The notes: generated by a model not told the origin, from the letters alone. A DNA stretch of 32,000 nucleotides from Candidatus Electronema halotolerans (GCA_942493095.1 OW818675.1:1470001-1502000), one strand, 5' to 3'. Counted from the first letter of the stretch, positions 1-6,463 are shown. Numbers and translations: made by a program.

Positions 1-555
1 GTGGCCGTGGTCTCGCTCCAGCCCAATTCAGTCGAGGAAATGTTCCGCTACTGGGAGGCGCTCGGCACCTTGAGCGGCCACGAGCCAGAGGCCAAGGAGA
101 TGATTGCCCGATTCGGCGCAGGCTTGGCTGCGATTGCCCGTCAAGTCGGGCAGGTGCCGGAAAGCCAGCGAAAAAAGGTCTATTTTGAGTCCATCCACAG
201 CCGGATGAAGACCTTTGCCACAACCTCAATGGCCATCTTTGTCTTGCAGTCCGCAGGCGGGATCAACATTGCCAATGATGCTGTGCAGGTGCGCTCCACC
301 AACATCGCCGAATACGGCAAGGAGCGCATTCTGGCCAAGGCTGATCAGATTGATGTCTTTCTTGCCCAGAAAGGACGGATGAATCCGGTGACACAAGAGA
401 TGATCATGAAGGAACCGGGCTTTCAGGTGATTAAGGCTGTGCGGCAGGGCCAAGTCTTTCTGGTGGATGAAAAAAAGGTTTCCCGGCCAACTATGGATTT
501 GCTGGAGGGCATTCAAGAAATTTTCGCCATCCTGCATCCAGAAGCCGGAGCCTGA
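1..555 (+). CDS. ABC-transporter periplasmic substrate-binding protein, C-terminal part (5' end outside window)
   Basis: The frame-1 ORF is open from base 1 and stops at 553-555. The C-terminal half looks like the siderophore/cobalamin/haem class of periplasmic binding proteins (tail ...AVRQGQVFLVDEKKVSRPTMDLLEGIQEIFAILHP). A hairpin plus T-run follows. Confidence 0.6.
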   Translation: MAVVSLQPNSVEEMFRYWEALGTLSGHEPEAKEMIARFGAGLAAIARQVGQVPESQRKKVYFESIHSRMKTFATTSMAIFVLQSAGGINIANDAVQVRSTNIAEYGKERILAKADQIDVFLAQKGRMNPVTQEMIMKEPGFQVIKAVRQGQVFLVDEKKVSRPTMDLLEGIQEIFAILHPEAGA

Positions 556-605
556 TTTGTCTGCATTTCAGCGGCAAAATAGGGTACAATGCCTGCACAA
601 ACCCG

Positions 606-628
606 GACGGAACGCGCTTCCGTCTTTT
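606..628 (+). terminator. Rho-independent terminator candidate downstream of the binding-protein gene
   Basis: The stem is GACGGAA (606-612) paired with TTCCGTC (618-624), with a 5-nt loop CGCGC. A TTTT run follows at 625-628. Confidence 0.6.
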
Positions 629-654
629 CCGGCCTTTGACCCGCACGCTTGGCG

Positions 655-2130
655 ATGAAATTTCACCTGCCCAATTTCACCAAAAAAAAGAAGCCTGACC
701 AGACGCAAGATGACTTCAGCACCCAGCAGCCCTTTGCCTTAGTCAAATATTTCTCCTTCACTTCCTTGGGCGTGTTCCTGCTCGCCACCCTGATCTTAGT
801 TTTGAGCTTTTCCGGCAATGCCCGCCGGACCATGCTGGAGCGCAGTGAAATCTACTCGCGCATGTTTGCCGAGAGCCTGAACCGGCAGGTCTTTTATCTC
901 TTTGTCCTGCCGACTTTTGTCCGCTACGGACGCATCGCCCTTTCTGATCCGATCCAGTTTGAGCAGCTGGACCTGATTGTCAGCGACATCATTCGCGGCA
1001 TGAAGATCAAGTCCGTGTCCATTTTTGACTCCAAGGAAAATATTGTTTCCTATTCGACCAAAGCCGAGCTGGTCGGGAAAAAAAACATTGGCGGGCTTGA
1101 GTACCAAGAGGCTCTGCGAGGCGAGAATTCCTCAGTGCTGATCGCCACCGGCTCCATGTTCAGCTTTCTGCCCGGCGCGCAGAGCGTGTCCTGCACCCTC
1201 AAGACCTATGTGCCTTTCCGGCAGGACAGCAGAAACGGCGGTTTGGGAGACATCATGGGCGTAGTTGAAGTGGAGCAGGATCTGTCCGGCGACATGGAGG
1301 CCCTGTTCTCGCTTCAGTTCAAAATCATTCTCCTCGCCCTGCTGGTGATGAGCATTCTCTTCTCCGTGCTCATCGCCCTTGTCATCCGGGCGGACCGGAT
1401 CATGGAAAAGAGAGCGCAGGAGCGGCGCGAATTGGAGCGGCAGCTACAAGAGTCCAAGCGGCTGGCCGCGCTCGGCAAGATGATCGCCTCTGTTTCGCAC
1501 GAGATCAAAAACCCCTTGGGCATTGTCCGTTCCACAGCGGAAATTATTGTCCGGCGGATCAGCAAGGTTGCGCCTGGCAACGAGCATTTGGCAGGAATTA
1601 TTGTTGAGGAAACCAGCCGTTTGGACAGAATTGTCCGGGAATTTCTTGATTTTGCCCGGCCCAAGGAACCAACGCTGGCCCACGGTTCGCTGAACGGGCT
1701 GATTGAGCGGCTTCTCACCTTTATGGAGCCAGATTTGCAGGCGAAAAATATCCTGCTCACCCTGCGCTTGGATGAAGATTTGCCGGAAGCGCTGATGGAC
1801 GGCGAGCAAATTTATCAAGTGCTGCTCAATATTGTCTTCAATGCGGTTCATGCCATGAGCGAAAACGGCGGCACCTTGACCATCCGCACTGCCGCGCTGC
1901 CGGAGGGCGGCGTTTCCGTGGCGATTGGCGATACTGGCTGCGGCATGGCGGAAGAAAAGCTGACTCAAATTTTCACCCCTTTTTACACGGATAAAAACCG
2001 GGGCACTGGTCTGGGATTGGCGATCACCAAGAATATTATTGACAAGCACGGCGGCAGCATTGCCGTGCAAAGCAAGGAAGGCGCAGGCACCACATTCACA
2101 GTCTCTCTGGGCGGCGGGAGCGCGGCCTGA
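655..2130 (+). CDS. Membrane sensor histidine kinase (HisKA + HATPase_c)
   Basis: ATG at 655 (the ORF track starts at TTG 649). Two hydrophobic helices flank a roughly 170-aa extracytoplasmic segment. H box SHEIKNPLGIV, N box LLNIVFNAVHAM, G boxes DTGCGM and GTGLGLAITKNIIDKHGGSI. Confidence 0.9.
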   Translation: MKFHLPNFTKKKKPDQTQDDFSTQQPFALVKYFSFTSLGVFLLATLILVLSFSGNARRTMLERSEIYSRMFAESLNRQVFYLFVLPTFVRYGRIALSDPIQFEQLDLIVSDIIRGMKIKSVSIFDSKENIVSYSTKAELVGKKNIGGLEYQEALRGENSSVLIATGSMFSFLPGAQSVSCTLKTYVPFRQDSRNGGLGDIMGVVEVEQDLSGDMEALFSLQFKIILLALLVMSILFSVLIALVIRADRIMEKRAQERRELERQLQESKRLAALGKMIASVSHEIKNPLGIVRSTAEIIVRRISKVAPGNEHLAGIIVEETSRLDRIVREFLDFARPKEPTLAHGSLNGLIERLLTFMEPDLQAKNILLTLRLDEDLPEALMDGEQIYQVLLNIVFNAVHAMSENGGTLTIRTAALPEGGVSVAIGDTGCGMAEEKLTQIFTPFYTDKNRGTGLGLAITKNIIDKHGGSIAVQSKEGAGTTFTVSLGGGSAA

Positions 2131-2132
2131 GT

Positions 2133-2513
2133 TCAGGCGGGCAGGTGCCGGGCCACGGTTTCCAGCACAATGTCGGCGGCAAAGGGCTTGAGGATGAAAT
2201 CGACCGCGCCGAGCTGTAGGCCCTGCCGCCGGTCCTCGGCATCCTCCTTGCCGGAGACGAAGATGACCGGAATATGAGCGGTGGCCGGGTCCGCCTTCAG
2301 TTCCTTGCAGACTGCAAAGCCGTCCATGCCCTCCATCATCACATCAAGCAGGACAATATCCACTGCCGCCGGGTCCTGCCGGACAATTTTCAGAGCAATT
2401 TCCCCCTTTGGCGCGGCCTTGACCGTGTAGCTCTTCTGCAGGATCATGTTGAGCAGCATGAGGTAGCTGGGCGTGTCGTCAACCGCCAGCACGCATTTTT
2501 TCCTTTGTTCCAT
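2133..2513 (-). CDS. Stand-alone CheY-like response-regulator receiver
   Basis: 126 aa. Has VLAVDD acidic pocket, the phospho-acceptor context DIVLLDVMMEGMDG, the conserved S/T in VIFVSG and the Lys in ILKPF. There is no output domain. Confidence 0.9.
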   Translation of the reverse strand: MEQRKKCVLAVDDTPSYLMLLNMILQKSYTVKAAPKGEIALKIVRQDPAAVDIVLLDVMMEGMDGFAVCKELKADPATAHIPVIFVSGKEDAEDRRQGLQLGAVDFILKPFAADIVLETVARHLPA

Positions 2514-2871
2514 TGTTCATCGTGTTATTTTGATTTGACGTGCGTTCAGCCGCCCGTGTGATCCGCTCTCTGAGGATGCGGACAATCTCGACTGTGCCTT
2601 GAAAATGCTCACCTTCCTCAAGCATGACCTGCTCATAAAACTTGCAGGCATAGCAGCTGCTGATAGTGCGGGCAAAAAGGCCCTGCACCTTTTCCGTCGG
2701 GCCGGACATGGTGCCGGTCAAGGCCCAGCAGGCCCGTCCGCCGTTGCTGCCGCTGTTGATGCCGTTGACTGCAGTCAGGGTGGAAGCCGGACACAGGCCG
2801 TGTTTTTTCACATTGACACCGCCGGGCTGCCGTCCGCAGCCCCTGAATTCCCAGCAATTTTTCTTTGTCAT
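2479..2871 (-). CDS. Small Cys-rich protein with two CW motifs (two-CW-type domain)
   Basis: 130 aa with six Cys (C6, C12, C27, C48, C73, C76), including CWEFRGCG and RACW. This matches my recollection of the NCBIfam two-CW domain seen in deltaproteobacterial signalling proteins. Its ATG overlaps the upstream stop (ATGA at 2868-2871) and its 3' end overlaps the receiver gene start by 35 nt. Confidence 0.65.
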   Translation of the reverse strand: MTKKNCWEFRGCGRQPGGVNVKKHGLCPASTLTAVNGINSGSNGGRACWALTGTMSGPTEKVQGLFARTISSCYACKFYEQVMLEEGEHFQGTVEIVRILRERITRAAERTSNQNNTMNNGTKEKMRAGG

Positions 2872-3443
2872 TCGCCGAGCCTCTGTTCAGGCTGAATCAG
2901 CAGACCGTCAAACATTTCGTCAATCTGTTTGTCATCCAAGAAATCAGCAACATGCTTGAGCTGCTCCTGCCGCTGCGCTGCTGTCTGCATATTATTCTTT
3001 TTCTGAGACGGCGCAGGCGCTGCTGTTTTCTTTTTCTTCTCTGCTGTCTCCTGCAGCCGGAAATCTTCCGCCAATGACTCAATCACCCGGTTGATCTCCA
3101 GCCGGGCAATGCCGAAACTGTCCGGGTTGTCCACCAGCAGGACTAAATGAATATGCGATTTTCCCGGCTCGGCCCGGAGCGGATTTCTGCCCTCATTGAG
3201 GCAGCGGAGCAGAATCAGCGCCTTGTCTGTATGCACACAGGTGAGCGCACAGTTGCCAAAACCCATGTCAAGCGCTGTTTTCTGGGCATTGACCAGCATG
3301 TTGTTGGCCAAAGTGGCAATCAGTTTAAGATCAATGTCAAACGGCTCGCATTTGGCCAGCAGACGGCCTTCCGCCGAGAAAAGGGCGGTTCCCAGAAAAC
3401 CATCTATTTCCGCTAACTGAGACAGTTTCTTCTGCACATCCAT
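2868..3443 (-). CDS. Roadblock/LC7 (MglB-like) domain protein with a charged Lys/Gln-rich tail
   Basis: 191 aa. The N-terminal ~115 aa fit the Roadblock/LC7 pattern (IDGFLGTALFSAEGRLLA...; HIHLVLLVD...). A strong SD AAGGAG (plus-strand CTCCTT at 3450-3455) lies 6 nt before the ATG at 3443. Confidence 0.7.
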   Translation of the reverse strand: MDVQKKLSQLAEIDGFLGTALFSAEGRLLAKCEPFDIDLKLIATLANNMLVNAQKTALDMGFGNCALTCVHTDKALILLRCLNEGRNPLRAEPGKSHIHLVLLVDNPDSFGIARLEINRVIESLAEDFRLQETAEKKKKTAAPAPSQKKNNMQTAAQRQEQLKHVADFLDDKQIDEMFDGLLIQPEQRLGE

Positions 3444-3505
3444 ACGATGCTCCTTGGCTTGTTTTCCGGCGGCGGAAATGAAAAAAGGGGCTTCCTCTGC
3501 TTTTT

Positions 3506-3533
3506 CTTATAACAGAAAAAAGAAGGCAAGCAA
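3506..3533 (-). promoter_or_regulatory. Sigma70-type promoter candidate for the Roadblock operon
   Basis: On the minus strand: TTGCTT (3533-3528), 16-nt spacer, TATAAG (3511-3506). The -10 element sits inside a 7-bp AT-rich inverted repeat, TTTTTCT (3501-3507) and AGAAAAA (3514-3520), which could be an operator. Confidence 0.3.
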
Positions 3534-3904
3534 AGGCGGATATGCGGGACAAACGCTCTGGCGCGGTGCGATCAATCACAGAGTGCCAGTGCTTTAATTA
3601 TGTTCGCGTCGCCAGATGACGAAGACCATAGCCCACTTTGGCATGTTTTCCGGCAGACTGACCTGCGCCTGCACACTATTGGCTTATTGAGCTGGGAGAT
3701 GTTCAGCTTAAACCTGAAGCACCCATGTCGCCAAAAGAATGGCTTAGGGATTTCATTGCAGCCAGTTTTGAGGAAGTATTTAGTAATATTTGAGGAATTC
3801 TGCGCAGGCAAGATAGTGATTGATGAGAAGGGCTAACCAATGGGTATAGCCGCTACTGCGACTGAACAGTAGCATCACATAGCAATATAGCTCTGCTTGT
3901 GTGC

Positions 3905-3941
3905 AACGAGAAAGCCGGGCCACAACACCTCGTGACCCGGC
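3905..3941 (-). terminator. Rho-independent terminator downstream of the HU-like/DUF4469 gene
   Basis: Minus-strand hairpin GCCGGGTCAC / GTGGCCCGGC (10 bp including one G-U pair, 8-nt loop) at 3914-3941. It is followed by TTTCTCGTT (plus-strand 3905-3913) and lies 17 nt after the stop at 3958. Confidence 0.6.
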
Positions 3942-3957
3942 CATCCAGCATCCTCCC

Positions 3958-5031
3958 TCACCCCATCTGCAAATCCAGCACATCCACCAGCCTGCCGTCG
4001 TAGTCATTGACGACCAGCGTCTTCAAGGCGGGGTAGTTGTCCACGCGAATGCTCAGGCTGCTCACTGTTGAGCCGCTGAAGCCGGGCAGGACAAATTCTC
4101 CGTTCCCGGTTGCCGGGACAATCATTCCTGCCGCGCCGCCGTCCTGCATATCGATCAGCTTGAAGGCCAGAATATCATCCTGCACGTTGTGCTCGACCTG
4201 CACCCGCAGCCGCGCATCCGCCGTTAGTTCGCCTGCAATGACAACCACATAAGGCGCAGCCGCGCTGCCGGTGAGAATGCCGGTCTCCGGCGGATTGGGA
4301 TGACCGAGTTGCGCCACGGTCAGAGGGCTGCGCAGTCTGCCGCCGTAGGTGCCGGTGCGCACCGACCCGTGTTCGGTGTACTGCGTGGTGATGGCTGCCA
4401 TGTATTCGTTGTTCCACGGGTGGGCCTGCGCCGGAATGTGCGGCACCAGCAGGATTTGGCTGTCGCTGACGCTGGCAAACTGGGTCTGCACCGCGCTGCC
4501 GCTCTCAGTTCCGGCCAGCACGCAGCGGCAGTCCGGCGACTGCCAGTCAAAGGCGAGATTGCTGCCGCTCAGGCGCAGCACACCGTCCGGGTTGAGGACA
4601 TTGCTCAGGCCGGTGGCAGTGTCCGCAGCCGCCAAGATCGCGGGCATCTTTTCTGTCCACGGCTCGCGCACCAAGGTCGCCTCAGCCTGAAAATCCTTGA
4701 CATACGGCTGTGAAGCCGAGATGTTCAGGCCGAGAAGCTGCTCCATAGGCGGCAGCGGCGCGTCCGGCGCATCCAAGCGGGCGTGAAAGGCGGGCCGGAA
4801 GGTCATGGCATCCTCCAAGGTGACTTGCAGGCCCTCCAGCAGCATGGCCTGTATCTCCTCCATTGCCGAGCGCAGATGGTTCTTGATCTGCTCCGCCGAG
4901 GAGCCGGGATTCTTCAGGGCGACACGGGCCGCCACCTCGTCGTAGCCGCCTGTGCCCTGCGGGACAAAGCGGAGCCGGTAGGAGGCGGGTTTGGTCAGGG
5001 GATTCCGCTCGATGCGATAGTGAACAGCCAT
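3958..5031 (-). CDS. HU-like DNA-binding domain protein with DUF4469-like Ig-fold region and an extra C-terminal domain
   Basis: The start is taken at ATG 5031 (MAVHYRIERNPLTKP...), preceded by SD GGGAGGA. The N-terminal ~90 aa resemble the HU_HIG type histone-like domain. The following region (…GVLRLSGSNLAFDW…ILLVPHIPAQ…) resembles DUF4469. The ORF-track extension to 5349 runs through a non-coding repeat array. Confidence 0.6.
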   Translation of the reverse strand: MAVHYRIERNPLTKPASYRLRFVPQGTGGYDEVAARVALKNPGSSAEQIKNHLRSAMEEIQAMLLEGLQVTLEDAMTFRPAFHARLDAPDAPLPPMEQLLGLNISASQPYVKDFQAEATLVREPWTEKMPAILAAADTATGLSNVLNPDGVLRLSGSNLAFDWQSPDCRCVLAGTESGSAVQTQFASVSDSQILLVPHIPAQAHPWNNEYMAAITTQYTEHGSVRTGTYGGRLRSPLTVAQLGHPNPPETGILTGSAAAPYVVVIAGELTADARLRVQVEHNVQDDILAFKLIDMQDGGAAGMIVPATGNGEFVLPGFSGSTVSSLSIRVDNYPALKTLVVNDYDGRLVDVLDLQMG

Positions 5032-5140
5032 GATGATGTCCTCCCTTGGGGATTTAAGATGCTGATGCAACCGGACAATGCGTTGATTTCCCAAAATACG
5101 GAGCAGCGGGCTTGCTGTCAAGACAAATATGGGCAAAGTC

Positions 5141-5301
5141 CATGCATGCATGGAGTGATTTTCGATGCTGGCATGGAGGATCACTCCAACGTAGCATGGA
5201 GAGGTGCTCCATGCTTGCTTTGAGATTTCCTTCATGCATGCATGGAGAAAAAGTCCAACGCAGCATGGAGATTTATTCCATGCTGGCATGGAGTGGAAGC
5301 C
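5141..5301. repeat. Seven tandem 23-bp units with core GCATGGAG (iteron-like array)
   Basis: Units start at 5141, 5164, 5187, 5210, 5233, 5256 and 5279. Core GCATGGAG is found at 5148, 5171, 5194, 5240, 5263 and 5286; the fourth unit is degenerate (GCTTTGAG at 5217). Units 1 and 5 share CATGCATGCATGGAG, units 2 and 7 share ATGCTGGCATGGAG, and units 3 and 6 share TCCAACG(T/C)AGCATGGAG. Confidence 0.9.
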
Positions 5302-5467
5302 CGGCCTTGATGGGCGTATAGGCGGGGTGCTGCTGCGGGAGATTTTCATAGTTGACGTGGGGGAATATGTGCTGTAAATACTGGATGGATTGCAGAGGAG
5401 CAGTGAAAAGAACGATTGGCAAACAGACTGTCATAAGTCTTTTAAGTTTTATGAATAGGAGATATTT

Positions 5468-5782
5468 ATGGACGAGCAACTGCTTCAGGAAAGAGCAAAA
5501 GAATTGATCGACATTAAAAGGCAGATCAAAAAGCTGCTTATTAAAGAAAAAGAGATGAAAGGCGAGCTGTTGCCGTTAATCAAAGAATATGGGGCCGTTA
5601 ATTTTGATTATGGCAGAGTTTATTACGTAGCATCGAAGGGAGCTGAGACCTTTAGCAGAAAGGTTGTTCTTCAGTATCTAAAAGAAGCCTATGGAGAGGC
5701 TTTAGCTGATCAAGTAGACAGGGATTGCACGAAGCATAATGAGTCAAAAGAGATATTGTACATAACGGTAAATGATTTGTAA
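5468..5782 (+). CDS. Hypothetical 104-aa protein, N-terminal coiled coil (possibly phage- or plasmid-derived)
   Basis: Strong SD AGGAG 6 nt before ATG 5468. The gene is AT-rich. It has a Lys/Glu-rich helical N-terminus (ELIDIKRQIKKLLIKEKEMKGEL). I recognise no family. Confidence 0.6.
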   Translation: MDEQLLQERAKELIDIKRQIKKLLIKEKEMKGELLPLIKEYGAVNFDYGRVYYVASKGAETFSRKVVLQYLKEAYGEALADQVDRDCTKHNESKEILYITVNDL

Positions 5783-5802
5783 CCACTTATGTAGTCGTGC
5801 AG

Positions 5803-5940
5803 TCAGGCAGGGCATATCCCACACGCCGCTTGAACCGACAACTCCTGCGCAATCTCCGCAATAAGCTGCTGCAAGTGCGGTTCGGCCTGCTGCGCCGCCG
5901 CAACGATGTCCTTCAGCAAAATCGGGGCAAGACCCGTAAG
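5803..5940 (-). pseudogene. Possible 3' remnant of a gene (45 codons, no start codon)
   Basis: This minus-strand frame reads LTGLAPILLKDIVAAAQQAEPHLQQLIAEIAQELSVQAACGICPA*. It is a GC-rich, helix-like sequence bounded upstream by an in-frame stop (5941-5943) with no ATG or SD. It is too short to appear in the ORF track. Confidence 0.25.
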
Positions 5941-5976
5941 TCACGCTGAGGAACGCCCCGCACTCTGCAACCTTCT

Positions 5977-6025
5977 CTCCATGCTGCCATTGAGGAACAC
6001 TCCAACGCAGCATGGAGCAGAGGCT
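5977..6025. repeat. Outlying copy of the 23-bp unit, arranged as an 11-nt inverted repeat GCAGCATGGAG
   Basis: CTCCATGCTGC (5977-5987) and GCAGCATGGAG (6007-6017) are perfect reverse complements separated by 19 nt. CACTCCAACGCAGCATGGAG (5998-6017) matches 5182-5201 of the main array at 19 of 20 positions. Confidence 0.85.
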
Positions 6026-6060
6026 CTTCCCTGATGTGTATATATTATCCTTTGGTAATT

Positions 6061-6363
6061 ATGAACATCTTAAAAGGAACGGGAGTGCTTGTGCTGATGG
6101 TTGCATCCTTCCTCGCGGGCATACTATGGAGCAAACACCACCTGTTAGAATCAGGCCCCATGCTCTTGACCTCGTCTCTCACCTTGGCATCAGCGTCAAA
6201 CGGCAAAGGCACGCTCCCAGAGGGCACAATTCTGTATCCATATTCCAAGCACGACACGAATACCTATGTTGTTTTTGTCAACACCAAGAACCTTGATTTG
6301 CTGAAGCCAATATCCTTTGAACAGTATTTAACCGTAGCACCGATCACTGGTTATCGGGAGTAA
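6061..6363 (+). CDS. Hypothetical small membrane-anchored protein
   Basis: Starting at ATG 6061 gives MNILKGTGVLVLMVASFLAGILW (N-terminal TM or signal anchor). There is no clear SD and ATG 6034 is an alternative start. The gene is AT-rich and I recognise no family. Confidence 0.4.
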   Translation: MNILKGTGVLVLMVASFLAGILWSKHHLLESGPMLLTSSLTLASASNGKGTLPEGTILYPYSKHDTNTYVVFVNTKNLDLLKPISFEQYLTVAPITGYRE

Positions 6364-6463
6364 CAGTCAAGCAGAGCGCATTGCTGCTCGAACACAACCA
6401 ACGTGTGGACTATGGCAGCAGGCTCCTGCATGCAGAACAAGCACCATGCCCTTGCCTTGGTGC

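Noticed and set aside
1314-2070. Minus-strand ORFs 1444..2070 (208 aa) and 1314..1760 (148 aa) inside the histidine kinase gene
   Set aside because: The plus-strand frame carries complete H, N and G boxes. The antisense frames are Arg/Ser-rich with no motifs.
3572-3588. TGGCAC on the minus strand upstream of the Roadblock operon, as a sigma54 -24 element
   Set aside because: The downstream element reads TTGA rather than TTGC and is displaced by 2 nt from the required GG-N10-GC spacing. No enhancer-binding protein gene is nearby.
3725-3836. Short ORFs in the gene-less 3444-3957 stretch (MSPKEWLRDFIAASFEEVFSNI* at 3725-3793, then …EEFCAGKIVIDEKG* in another frame)
   Set aside because: They could be a frameshifted remnant, but there is no SD and no recognisable family, and the length is too short to support a call.
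5141-5301. Possibility that the 23-bp array is a CRISPR array
   Set aside because: The period is only 23 bp, with about 15 conserved and about 8 variable nt. That is far below CRISPR repeat and spacer sizes, and no cas genes are in the window.
5054-5321. ORFs 5112..5321 (+) and 5054..5266 (-) inside the repeat array
   Set aside because: Both are translations of the tandem repeat (recurring SMHAW/QRSME or SMLRWS peptides). They have no SD and lie on opposite strands of the same DNA. They are repeat artefacts.
5032-5349. N-terminal 106-codon extension of the ORF 3958..5349 (MKISRSSTPP…HSMHAW…)
   Set aside because: It reads straight through the 23-bp repeat array and yields repetitive Cys/Trp/His-rich peptide. 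An internal ATG at 5031 has a strong SD (GGGAGGA) and begins the recognisable HU-like domain.
5744-6013. 89-aa ORF on the minus strand (MLRWSVPQWQHGEK…)
   Set aside because: It starts inside the outlying repeat copy and overlaps the end of the 104-aa gene. It has no SD and a Cys/Gly/Ala-rich composition typical of an off-frame read. A different frame of the same DNA looks more protein-like (reported as a possible remnant).
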